From the NCBI GenBank assembly GCA_017643395.1, contig JAEPNP010000004.1, positions 169,745 through 233,744 on the forward strand: 64,000 nt of DNA. The letters are read 5' to 3'. This document shows, piece after piece, positions 29,531 to 37,788 of the stretch (its first letter is position 1; every line of letters begins with the position of its first letter). The DNA comes from Rhodothermales bacterium. Lineage in GTDB: Bacteria; Bacteroidota; Rhodothermia; Rhodothermales; UBA10348. The translations under genes were made by a program, and so were the position numbers. Under the pieces are notes generated by a model. It did not search any database. It was given only the letters and a program-made list of their open reading frames with translations, and was not told the DNA's origin.

Positions 29531-30241
29531 CTACCGGTGCGTTCGCGTGCTGGCCTCGGCGACTCCCGGCAAACCGGTCAGGGCCTGGAGAAACGATTCC
29601 GGAGCCTCCAGAAACGGCAGATGCTTCGTGCCCTCTAGAACCACGAGGCGGCTCTGCGGCACGGCGGAAGCCATGGCCTCCATCGCGCCCCGGTACCCGT
29701 CCGACTCCCCCGCGATGAGCAGCACCGGGCACTTCACCTCAGTGAGCCGATGGCCGACCTGCCATCCGGGCAAGATGTGCTGGAACCCCTGGTTGAAGGC
29801 GCGAGCGGAGAATTGCGAGGCGTCCAAGGGGCCCCAGACCGCATCGCCCGAGAAGAATCGAGGCCACCGCTCGCGATAGAAAGCGCCGACCGAGCGATCG
29901 TCCGGCAACGTTGGCGGCTTCATGCTCACCGGACCGGGGCCGGTGCACACCAGGACCAGAGCGCTGAGTGCATCCGGATGCCTCAGCGCAGTCTCCAGGG
30001 CGATGAATCCGCCGAACGAGTGACCGAGAAGGACCGGCGGATCCGGCTCGGTGGCCAGCGCCTCAACCGTGGCGTGCACCCAGGCGTCCATGCTCACCTC
30101 GTCCCCGGCTCGAGCGCCGTGTCCGGGCAGGTCGGGCACCTCGAAGCGAGCAAGCACGGAGTGACGCATGTATCCGCCGTCGATCCCCGGCCCGCCGTGC
30201 AGGCAGATCATGTCAATTGGACCAGGGAGGCACCACGCCAT
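29531..30241 (-). CDS. alpha/beta hydrolase (proline iminopeptidase-like HGGPG family)
   Basis: LHGGPG, PGHG and the nucleophile elbow GHSFGG. The start is probably ATG 30211, just after the DinB stop, which gives a short N-terminus. Confidence 0.75.
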   Translation of the reverse strand: MAWCLPGPIDMICLHGGPGIDGGYMRHSVLARFEVPDLPGHGARAGDEVSMDAWVHATVEALATEPDPPVLLGHSFGGFIALETALRHPDALSALVLVCTGPGPVSMKPPTLPDDRSVGAFYRERWPRFFSGDAVWGPLDASQFSARAFNQGFQHILPGWQVGHRLTEVKCPVLLIAGESDGYRGAMEAMASAVPQSRLVVLEGTKHLPFLEAPESFLQALTGLPGVAEASTRTHR

Positions 30242-30746
30242 TCATCCTCGCATAGGCCACCAGCTGTCCGAGGTGCTCATGCAGGTGTGTAGACGTCAAC
30301 ATGAGGTAGCCCTGACCGCTGCCGGGAGTGCCGAACAGATCCATATCCTGAGCCAGGCGCTCGTCCGAGATGGCCTCGGTACATGCCCTCAGGTGCACAA
30401 AGGAAGCGGCAAGCACGGTCTCGGTCTCCGGCCTCCCGTGGGCGGTCTCAAACGCCACCACGGAGCTGTAGTCGCCGGTGAATCCGGTCTCGGCGGGCGG
30501 CTGGCAACCCATCTGCGTGAGCATCCAGTAGTTGGTGCCAGCAATGTGGCGAATCACCTCCTCGACCGACCGCACACCCTCCGCGGGCCGCCAGGCATAC
30601 TGGTCGTCGGTGAGCACTTCGGCAAGCCCGATGACCTTGTTCTGGGCTATTTCGAAGGAGGCGATGGTCTCTTGCCGAAAGTCCATTTGCGCCATGGCGC
30701 CGTTTGCGACAAAGAGCAACAGCAATAGTCCGAAGGCCTGTTTCAT
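30213..30746 (-). CDS. secreted DinB-family protein (paralog of 15228-15743)
   Basis: Start at ATG 30746 (MKQAFGLLLLLFVANGAMAQ signal). C-terminus HLHEHLGQLVAYARMNGVVPPWSN. The upstream part of the track ORF (to 31076) is antisense to the photolyase gene. Confidence 0.75.
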   Translation of the reverse strand: MKQAFGLLLLLFVANGAMAQMDFRQETIASFEIAQNKVIGLAEVLTDDQYAWRPAEGVRSVEEVIRHIAGTNYWMLTQMGCQPPAETGFTGDYSSVVAFETAHGRPETETVLAASFVHLRACTEAISDERLAQDMDLFGTPGSGQGYLMLTSTHLHEHLGQLVAYARMNGVVPPWSN

Positions 30747-30803
30747 GGGGCGGTCGTCTGTTTCTTCAGAAGACCAGTGTACACCACCCGCCTTCCCGAT
30801 TGC

Positions 30804-32342
30804 ATGCCCTTTGACGCCCCCCGCGTTTCCGGACCCGTCGAGCGTCTGTTCGTCGTCCTCGGCGACCAGCTGGACTACCAGTCCGAACTCATTCACGGAC
30901 TGAGTGAACACGATGCGGTGCTGATGATGGAGGTTCGGGAAGAGTCGGAGCACGTGGTCACGCACCATCAGCGCACCGTGGTCTTCCTTTCGGCCATGCG
31001 CCACTTCTGCCAGCACCTGCAGCGCGAAGACATACGCGTGGAGTACGTGGCGCTGGACGACGACGACAATACGCATTCATTCGGCTCCGAATTGGAGCGG
31101 GCCATCGACCGGCTGGATCCGGCAAGCGTAGAGGTAGTGCGTCCCGGGTCGTGGCGTGTGCTGGACATGCTCAGTGATGCAGCTGACGACCTCAGCGTGC
31201 ACGAGGACCCGCACTTCCTCTCCACTCCGCAGGACTTCGAGGACTGGGCCAGCGGTCGAAAGGCGCTGACCATGGAGTACTGGTACCGCGAGATGCGCAA
31301 GCAACACGGCATCCTTGTTTCCGGGGACGGCAAGCCCGAAGGCGGCGACTGGAACTACGACAAGGAAAACCGCAATGCGTTCAAGCAGGCCCCCAAGCCG
31401 CCGGCGCCGTGGACCGCCGATGCCGACGAGATCACGACTGAAGTGCACGAGCTGGTGGGCGAGATGCTCGAGCTCGAAGGTGCCGCTGAATTGCCGAGAT
31501 GGCCCGTAACCCGCCAGCAGGCCCTGTACCAGCTCGATAGCTTCATCAAGGGCTCGTTGCCGGATTTTGGACAGTGGCAGGACGCGATGTGGACTGGCGA
31601 TGCGCTCCTCTGGCACTCCCACCTCTCGCCGGCACTGAACCTGAAGCTGCTGACGCCGCGAGAAGTGGTGGATCGTGCCGTTGATGCCTACCACCGCGGC
31701 GATGCACCGCTGAATTCCGTCGAAGGCTTCGTGCGCCAGATCATCGGCTGGCGCGAGTTCATGCGGGGCATCTACTGGACGCAGCGCAAAGACTACCGGG
31801 ATCACAACCGGCTTCGCGCCCGCCGCGAGTTGCCGGAGGCCTACTGGACGGCGGACTCCTCTATGCGATGTGTGCAGGAGGCCGTGCGTCCGGTTCTGAC
31901 GATGGGCTATTCGCACCACATCCAGCGACTGATGATCACCGGCAATCTGGCCCTGACAGCGGGGGTGCACCCCGGCGCGGTTCGAGACTGGTACCTGGGC
32001 ATGTTTGTCGACGGCGTGGATTGGGTGACGACGCCCAACGTGGTCGGCATGGCCCTGTATGCGGACGGTGGTGTGGTCGCGACAAAGCCCTACGCGGCCG
32101 GGGGCGGTTACGTCAATCGCATGAGCAACTACTGCTCGGAATGCCGCTTCAACCCCCGGAAACGGACTGGCCCCGACGCCTGCCCGCTCACCACCCTCTA
32201 CTGGGATTTCCTCGCCCGAAACAGGGACGACTTCGAAGACAACCACCGGATGGGCCTGATGCTGAAGAACCTGGACCGCATGGAGGCTCCCGAACTCGAG
32301 AAGGTGCGGGATCGCGCCGGCGAGGTTCAGCGCGCCCTGTAG
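30804..32342 (+). CDS. FeS-cluster bacterial cryptochrome/photolyase family protein (PhrB/CryB-like, COG3046)
   Basis: FVVLGDQLD N-terminus, FAD-domain motifs (SHLSPALNLKLL; GWREFMRG), and a four-Cys pattern (C...YCSECRF-x12-CP) typical of FeS-BCP (6-4) photolyases. Confidence 0.8.
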   Translation: MPFDAPRVSGPVERLFVVLGDQLDYQSELIHGLSEHDAVLMMEVREESEHVVTHHQRTVVFLSAMRHFCQHLQREDIRVEYVALDDDDNTHSFGSELERAIDRLDPASVEVVRPGSWRVLDMLSDAADDLSVHEDPHFLSTPQDFEDWASGRKALTMEYWYREMRKQHGILVSGDGKPEGGDWNYDKENRNAFKQAPKPPAPWTADADEITTEVHELVGEMLELEGAAELPRWPVTRQQALYQLDSFIKGSLPDFGQWQDAMWTGDALLWHSHLSPALNLKLLTPREVVDRAVDAYHRGDAPLNSVEGFVRQIIGWREFMRGIYWTQRKDYRDHNRLRARRELPEAYWTADSSMRCVQEAVRPVLTMGYSHHIQRLMITGNLALTAGVHPGAVRDWYLGMFVDGVDWVTTPNVVGMALYADGGVVATKPYAAGGGYVNRMSNYCSECRFNPRKRTGPDACPLTTLYWDFLARNRDDFEDNHRMGLMLKNLDRMEAPELEKVRDRAGEVQRAL

Positions 32343-32345
32343 ACT

Positions 32346-32361
32346 TGTCCGCCAGCGGACA
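32346..32361. promoter_or_regulatory. palindromic enhancer-like site TGTCCG-N4-CGGACA
   Basis: Perfect inverted repeat TGTCCGCCAGCGGACA, centred 72 bp upstream of the GG of the sigma-54 -24 element. The same motif occurs three times at 45543-45693. Confidence 0.65.
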
Positions 32362-32423
32362 GCGGGTGCCCGAAACCGTGCGTTATGCTGGTCAGAATGG
32401 GTGTTTTGTCGACGCCACGGCAA

Positions 32424-32439
32424 TGGCACATGCCTTGCA
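32424..32439 (+). promoter_or_regulatory. sigma-54 (-24/-12) promoter
   Basis: TGGCACATGCCTTGCA matches TGGCAC-N5-TTGCA exactly. It lies 35 nt upstream of the GTG start at 32474. Confidence 0.8.
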
Positions 32440-32473
32440 ACCGTTGTCCGGACTCACCTGACCGGGGAATACT

Positions 32474-34894
32474 GTGATCCGACACTACTTGCGCACGACC
32501 CTGCGCGTGCTGACGCGGCACGCCAGCTTTTCTGCCATCAACCTGACCGGACTCTCGATCGGCATCGCTTCGGCCCTGCTGCTCCTGCTGTTCGTGCAGA
32601 ACGAGGTCACCTTCGACCAGGCGCATGACAAGGCAGACCGGATCTACCGGGCGTGGCTGCTGGAGGAATACGGGGAGGATCAGGTGCACTTCAATACGAC
32701 CACGCCGGTCCGGCTGGCCACCGATCTGGCCACACACATTCCTGAGGTGGAGGCCGCGGTCCGCTTCGACCGGTTCAACGACACGGTGCGCCGGGGCGCG
32801 TTCAGTCAAAACGAGTCGCTCTTCCTGGTCGATGAGCAGTTCCTGCAGGTCTTCGATTTCCCGGTCGTGAGGGGCGAGCGCTCCTCCATGCTCTACGGCC
32901 CGGAAAACATTGTGCTTACCGAGAGCGCCGCAAGCCGCTACTTCGGACAGGCCAACCCACTGGGCGAGACGCTGTCCCTGGACTTCAGCGGGAATCCCAG
33001 ACAGTTTCAGGTCTCGGGCGTGCTGGAGGACGTGCCGGAGAACTCCAGTCTGCAATTCGAATTCCTGGTGCCCTACCCGGTCGCGGATTGGTTCTACCCG
33101 GACGAGGTGATGACGGCGTTCATGATGGTCTCTCCCGAGACCTACGTGCTCCTGAGTCCCGGTACCACGCCGGCCGACCTGGAGGACAAGATCCAGGCGA
33201 TGCTGAACTCGTTGCTCGGAGACCGGGTGGAGCCGGGTCAGTACCAGGTCGGCCTGCAGCCGCTGCTCGACATCCACACAAACCCCGAGTTTCCGCAGGG
33301 CTATTCCACCGTCATCAATCCGATGTACGTGCGGGTGCTGCTGGCCCTTGCCCTCCTGATTCTGGCGGTCGCGTCCATCAACTTCGTCACGCTGTCCGTT
33401 TCGCGGTCGTTGGCTCGGGCCAAGGAGATCGGCGTGCGCAAGGTCATTGGTGCAGACCGGGGTCAGCTGATGGTTCAGTACTGGGGCGAGGCGCTTGCGA
33501 TCACGGGGCTCTCGCTTGCAGCCGGGGTTCTGCTGGCCCGACTCTTCCTGCCCGCATTCAATGGTCTGGCCCAGCGCGAACTCGTATTGGCAGCGACCCC
33601 GGGCACATTCGCCCTGCTGGCGGGCATTTTCGTGGTCGTGGGTCTGTTGGCGGGCCTCTACCCCGCCCTGGTGCTCTCCCGGTTCTCGCCCATCGATGCG
33701 TTCCGCGGCAAGGTCTCGGGCAACGAGAAGAGCGCTGTGCGACGCAGCCTCGTGGTCGCGCAGTTTGCCCTGTCCATCCTTCTGATTGCCTGTACGCTGG
33801 TGATCGGCCGGCAGTTGGACTACCTCCAGGAGAAAGACCTCGGCTTCGACCGTGAGTCCGTGCTTACGGTACCGACGCTGGTCGGAGCGGTCGACGGCAA
33901 GGCCCTCGCCGAACGGCTTCGTTTCCAACTCGAAGGCCGGTCGGACGTCAAGTCGCTGACCGCCGCGGCAGCTCTCTTTGATCAGAATGGCTGGGGTCGG
34001 GTGGGCTACACGGCGAACGACGGGAGCTACCGACGCCATTTCGTCAACGTGGTCGATCACGACTTCATGCGCACGATGGGGCTTCGGTTGGTGGCCGGCC
34101 GGGACTTTGACCGCAGCCAGCCGGCAGACGGGGAGCGCGCCGTCATCATCAACGAGGCGTTTGCGCAGGCCTACGGCTGGGACACACCGCTCCTGGAACG
34201 CCTTCCCGGCAGCGACTTCATCGATCACGAAATCATCGGCGTCGCCGAGAATTTCCACTATGCCTCCCTGCATCAGGAAATTCAGCCCGCGCTGTTTGTG
34301 CTCGGACCCAACGTGGCTTTCTCAGGGGCGTCCGATTTTGATTACGGCGGATCCTTCGCCGCAGACATCGCGATCCGCCTCGAAACCAACGATCTGCCGG
34401 CTACGATCTCTGCCATCTCCGACGTGTGGTCGGAAGCCGCACCGGAGATGCCGTTTGCCTACAGTTTCGTGGATGAAGCGCTGGACCAGCAGTACCGCCA
34501 GGAGGCTCGCCTCTCCAGCATGGTGACGATTGGCGCCCTGCTCTCCATCCTGATCGCCGGCCTTGGCCTGTTTGGACTGGCCTCGCTATCGGTAGCCCGT
34601 CGCACCAAAGAAATCGGCCTGCGCAAGGTGCTCGGAGCCTCAGTTGCCGGCATCGTTGGCCTCTTCACCAGGGAGTTCAGCACGCTTGTCCTGGCCGCCT
34701 TTGTGATCGCCGCGCCGCTGGCATGGCTGGGGATGGAGCGCTGGACCGAGTCCTTTGCCTACAGGGCGGACATCGGCCTGGTCCCCTTCGCCCTCGCCCT
34801 TGCGGCGGCGCTCGGCATCATGCTCGCTGCGGTGAGCTCCCAGGCCATCCGGGCCGGACTCGCCAATCCGGTTGACTCCCTTCGGGACGAATAG
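32474..34894 (+). CDS. duplicated FtsX/MacB-type ABC transporter permease (about 800 aa, two MacB_PCD+FtsX modules)
   Basis: 806 aa. N-terminus MIRHYLRTTLRVL...FSAINLTGLSIG, two FtsX 4-TM blocks (KEIGVRKVIGA; KEIGLRKVLGA), C-terminus NPVDSLRDE. Confidence 0.85.
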   Translation: MIRHYLRTTLRVLTRHASFSAINLTGLSIGIASALLLLLFVQNEVTFDQAHDKADRIYRAWLLEEYGEDQVHFNTTTPVRLATDLATHIPEVEAAVRFDRFNDTVRRGAFSQNESLFLVDEQFLQVFDFPVVRGERSSMLYGPENIVLTESAASRYFGQANPLGETLSLDFSGNPRQFQVSGVLEDVPENSSLQFEFLVPYPVADWFYPDEVMTAFMMVSPETYVLLSPGTTPADLEDKIQAMLNSLLGDRVEPGQYQVGLQPLLDIHTNPEFPQGYSTVINPMYVRVLLALALLILAVASINFVTLSVSRSLARAKEIGVRKVIGADRGQLMVQYWGEALAITGLSLAAGVLLARLFLPAFNGLAQRELVLAATPGTFALLAGIFVVVGLLAGLYPALVLSRFSPIDAFRGKVSGNEKSAVRRSLVVAQFALSILLIACTLVIGRQLDYLQEKDLGFDRESVLTVPTLVGAVDGKALAERLRFQLEGRSDVKSLTAAAALFDQNGWGRVGYTANDGSYRRHFVNVVDHDFMRTMGLRLVAGRDFDRSQPADGERAVIINEAFAQAYGWDTPLLERLPGSDFIDHEIIGVAENFHYASLHQEIQPALFVLGPNVAFSGASDFDYGGSFAADIAIRLETNDLPATISAISDVWSEAAPEMPFAYSFVDEALDQQYRQEARLSSMVTIGALLSILIAGLGLFGLASLSVARRTKEIGLRKVLGASVAGIVGLFTREFSTLVLAAFVIAAPLAWLGMERWTESFAYRADIGLVPFALALAAALGIMLAAVSSQAIRAGLANPVDSLRDE

Positions 34895-34904
34895 GAACTC
34901 CTGC

Positions 34905-34936
34905 GGGCGATGGGGTCTGCAGTGACCCCATCGCCC
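34905..34936. terminator. bidirectional terminator-like hairpin between convergent permease genes
   Basis: 13-bp perfect stem GGGCGATGGGGTC / GACCCCATCGCCC with a 6-nt loop. Confidence 0.6.
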
Positions 34937-34947
34937 GGGAGATTGCC

Positions 34948-37395
34948 TTATTCGTAGCGCAATGACCTGACGGGATTGGCCCGGGCGGCACGCACTGCGT
35001 GGACGGCCACCGTGCCCAGCGCGATGGTCATCGCCATGGCGGCGGCACCGACAAACACCAGCGGGCTGATGGGTGCCCGGAAGGCAAAGGCCTCCAGCCA
35101 CTGATTCATGGCGTACCACGCGAGCGGGGCGGCAATCACGCTGGCCACCGCGACCAGTACGGCGAATTCGCGGGAGAGCAGACCGGTCACTCCGGCCACC
35201 GAAGCCCCGAGCACTTTGCGAATGCCGATCTCCTTGGTTCTGCGGCCGACCGTCAGGATGGCCAGGCCGAACAGACCCATGCAGGCGATGATGATCGCCA
35301 GCAGCGAGGAATACGTCACCAGCTGCTGCCAACGCTGTTCGGTGGCGTACTGCGACGCCAGGTCTTCGTCCACAAACGAGTACGCGAAGGGGCTGTCAGG
35401 GACCAGGGCCTGCCATGCGTTTTCCACCAGCGCCAACGAGCCCTGCACGTCATCGGGCTGGATGCGCACCAGCAATGCGCCCATGAAATTGTAGTAGTTG
35501 GGGTGCATGTTCATCACCAGTGGCTGCACCTCGTTGCGCAGACTCTGGAAATGAAAGTCCTTCACAACCCCAATGACCGTCGGGGACTCCTCGTAGATGA
35601 AGCTCAACCAGTTGTCCATCACATGACCAATGGGGTCTTCGATGCCGAACTCGCGCACGAGCGCTTCATTGACCACAATGGAGCCGGTTGGGTCACCTGG
35701 AAACTCCTCCGAGAAGAAGCGCCCCTCGGCCATCTCCATGTCCAGCAGGTCGAGGTAGTCGTATCCGACTCCGAAATTGTAGGCTGAACGCGGCGTTCCG
35801 CTGGCGTCGGCCCAACCATTACGATCGGAACCGCGTGTGAACGTGTAGCCACTGCGTTCGACATGCGTCACCTGCTCGTACGGAAGCAGCTGGTCTTTCA
35901 TGCCGGCCAGCACACCTTCGGCGGCCGAGCGTGGTACCCCGTTGGCGTTGATGGCAATCACAAAGTCCTCGTTGAAGCCAAGGTCCTTCTCCAGCATGTA
36001 GCGGAGCTGTCCGGTCATAATCACGGTGGACGCAATCAACCCGATGCCGATGGTGAACTGCAGCACCACCAGACCCTGAGTCAGCAGATTGTTGCGTGGC
36101 GACGAGACGGCACCCTTCAGCACCGAAGCGGGCATGTACCGGGAGAGAACAGCCGCTGGATACCCCCCTGCCACCGTTCCCACGACCATGACCAGCAGCA
36201 CCAGGGCGGCCAGAATCAGGATGGGCGACACGTTGCCAACGGCTACATCCACTCCCGTCAGATTGTTGAAGGCCGGCAGCATGGCGAGGGCCACGAAGAA
36301 CCCCAGCACCAGCGACACCGTTGCTGCCACGAATGACTCGCCCCAGTGCTGACGCATGATCTGGGAGCGATTGGCGCCGAGCACCTTGCGTACGCCTACC
36401 TCTCTGGCCCGAATCGTCGACTGGCCGACCGAGAGGGTCATGAAGTTGATGCAGGCGATCAGCAGGATGAGTGCACCAATGCCCATGAGCACAAAGGAAT
36501 AGACCGGATTGTGCTGCTGGGCCTCATAGGGCACCCAGACATCCACGTTGCGGTGAACGTCTACCAGCGGCTGCAGTCTGAGCGCGTACGACCCGTCCGT
36601 CGTGGCCATGCGCTCTGCATTCCGCATGCCTTCCACGTAGGAGGCAAACTGTACGTCCGTGAACGGTGGGAACGCCGCCTCCAGGGAAACGGGCGTGGCC
36701 CCTTCGCCCAGCAACACGTAGGTGGAGGTACGGCCGCCCCAGTTGTTGCCCCCGACGTAGATGTTGTCATAGTTCTCGAAGCTGACCGCGATCTCGAAGC
36801 TCAGACTGGACGTGGCTGGAAAGTCCTCCACCACGGCCGCCACGTTGAAATCGTAGGTGCCGTCATCGGTGGAGGTCGAAATCACCTGCCCCAGGGCGAG
36901 CGACCAGTCTCCGTCTCCCGCGCCAAAAACCGCCTCGGCCACCTCGCGGGTGATCACCATGGAGGATGGGTCTGCGATGGCCGCACGCGCATCGCCCGCG
37001 AGCACCTCAAACGAGAACATGTCGTAGAAGTCGGGGTCGATTTCGGCAAACTCATACCGGAACGAGCGATCCCCTACCTCAAAAACTCGCCCACTGGCTA
37101 CAAACCGCGTGGAGGCTTCGATCCCGGGAAAAGCGTTATCCAACTCGGGCGTAAAGTCAGGCGGCATCATCGCCTGCACCTCGGTGTCCCCGCCGGGCGT
37201 CTGGTACTCGAGGTAGACCCGGTAGATGTCGTCCTTCTGCTCGTGAAAGCGGTCGAAACTCCATTCGTGGTGCACGAGCAAGAAGATCAATGAACAGGTG
37301 GCCATGCCCACGGCAAGGCCAACGACGTTCAGAATGGCGTACGTGCCGCCGCGTCGGAATCGACGAAGGGCAACTTTCAGGTAACTCTTGAGCAT
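34948..37395 (-). CDS. duplicated FtsX/MacB-type ABC transporter permease
   Basis: 815 aa. MLKSYLKVALRRF...AILNVVGLAVG N-terminus, two FtsX blocks, C-terminus NPVRSLRYE. Confidence 0.85.
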   Translation of the reverse strand: MLKSYLKVALRRFRRGGTYAILNVVGLAVGMATCSLIFLLVHHEWSFDRFHEQKDDIYRVYLEYQTPGGDTEVQAMMPPDFTPELDNAFPGIEASTRFVASGRVFEVGDRSFRYEFAEIDPDFYDMFSFEVLAGDARAAIADPSSMVITREVAEAVFGAGDGDWSLALGQVISTSTDDGTYDFNVAAVVEDFPATSSLSFEIAVSFENYDNIYVGGNNWGGRTSTYVLLGEGATPVSLEAAFPPFTDVQFASYVEGMRNAERMATTDGSYALRLQPLVDVHRNVDVWVPYEAQQHNPVYSFVLMGIGALILLIACINFMTLSVGQSTIRAREVGVRKVLGANRSQIMRQHWGESFVAATVSLVLGFFVALAMLPAFNNLTGVDVAVGNVSPILILAALVLLVMVVGTVAGGYPAAVLSRYMPASVLKGAVSSPRNNLLTQGLVVLQFTIGIGLIASTVIMTGQLRYMLEKDLGFNEDFVIAINANGVPRSAAEGVLAGMKDQLLPYEQVTHVERSGYTFTRGSDRNGWADASGTPRSAYNFGVGYDYLDLLDMEMAEGRFFSEEFPGDPTGSIVVNEALVREFGIEDPIGHVMDNWLSFIYEESPTVIGVVKDFHFQSLRNEVQPLVMNMHPNYYNFMGALLVRIQPDDVQGSLALVENAWQALVPDSPFAYSFVDEDLASQYATEQRWQQLVTYSSLLAIIIACMGLFGLAILTVGRRTKEIGIRKVLGASVAGVTGLLSREFAVLVAVASVIAAPLAWYAMNQWLEAFAFRAPISPLVFVGAAAMAMTIALGTVAVHAVRAARANPVRSLRYE

Positions 37396-37491
37396 GATTC
37401 TCGCCTGCCAGATATGAGGTTGGACCCGCAGGGAGGACGGGGTGAATACAACCTATGGAAGAAACAACGTTAGTGCTAATTTTTTAGCATT

Positions 37492-37776
37492 TCAGGCCGT
37501 GGGGGCCCTGGATTCGCCTACCGGCACCTCGCGCCGAAAGGTGATCGGCACCATTTCGCCATCCGGCGGCCCGATCTGCACCAGCTCCCAGTCTCCGGTT
37601 TCGTTGGCCAGATAACTCTTGAGCAGGTCGACCTTGTCCTCGCTTCCGAGCACGGCCGGCCACGGAAAGGATTCGATGCGATAGGTCATGGCTCGTTTCT
37701 CGCCGTCCACCGTCAACTCCAGGTCGACCGTTTTGTGTTTGTGCAGGTCGGGGATTGGGATGCAGATCGTGCTCAT
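37492..37776 (-). CDS. hypothetical 94-aa protein embedded in the permease operon
   Basis: ATG 12 nt downstream of the preceding permease stop. Balanced, non-repetitive composition, no TM helix or signal peptide. No family recognised. Confidence 0.5.
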   Translation of the reverse strand: MSTICIPIPDLHKHKTVDLELTVDGEKRAMTYRIESFPWPAVLGSEDKVDLLKSYLANETGDWELVQIGPPDGEMVPITFRREVPVGESRAPTA

Positions 37777-37788
37777 GGTCGATGGGGT

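Noticed and set aside
29531-30241. Possible N-terminal truncation or pseudogenisation of the HGGPG alpha/beta-hydrolase (very few residues before the HGGPG motif)
   Set aside because: The reading frame is intact and the catalytic elbow GHSFGG is present. Short N-termini do occur in this fold, so there is not enough evidence to call a pseudogene.
37462-37479. Possible third sigma-54 promoter (minus strand TTAGCACTAACGTTGTTT) before the last permease
   Set aside because: Both invariant dinucleotides are damaged (GG to AG at -24, GC to GT at -12). No TGTCCG-N4-CGGACA palindrome lies upstream.
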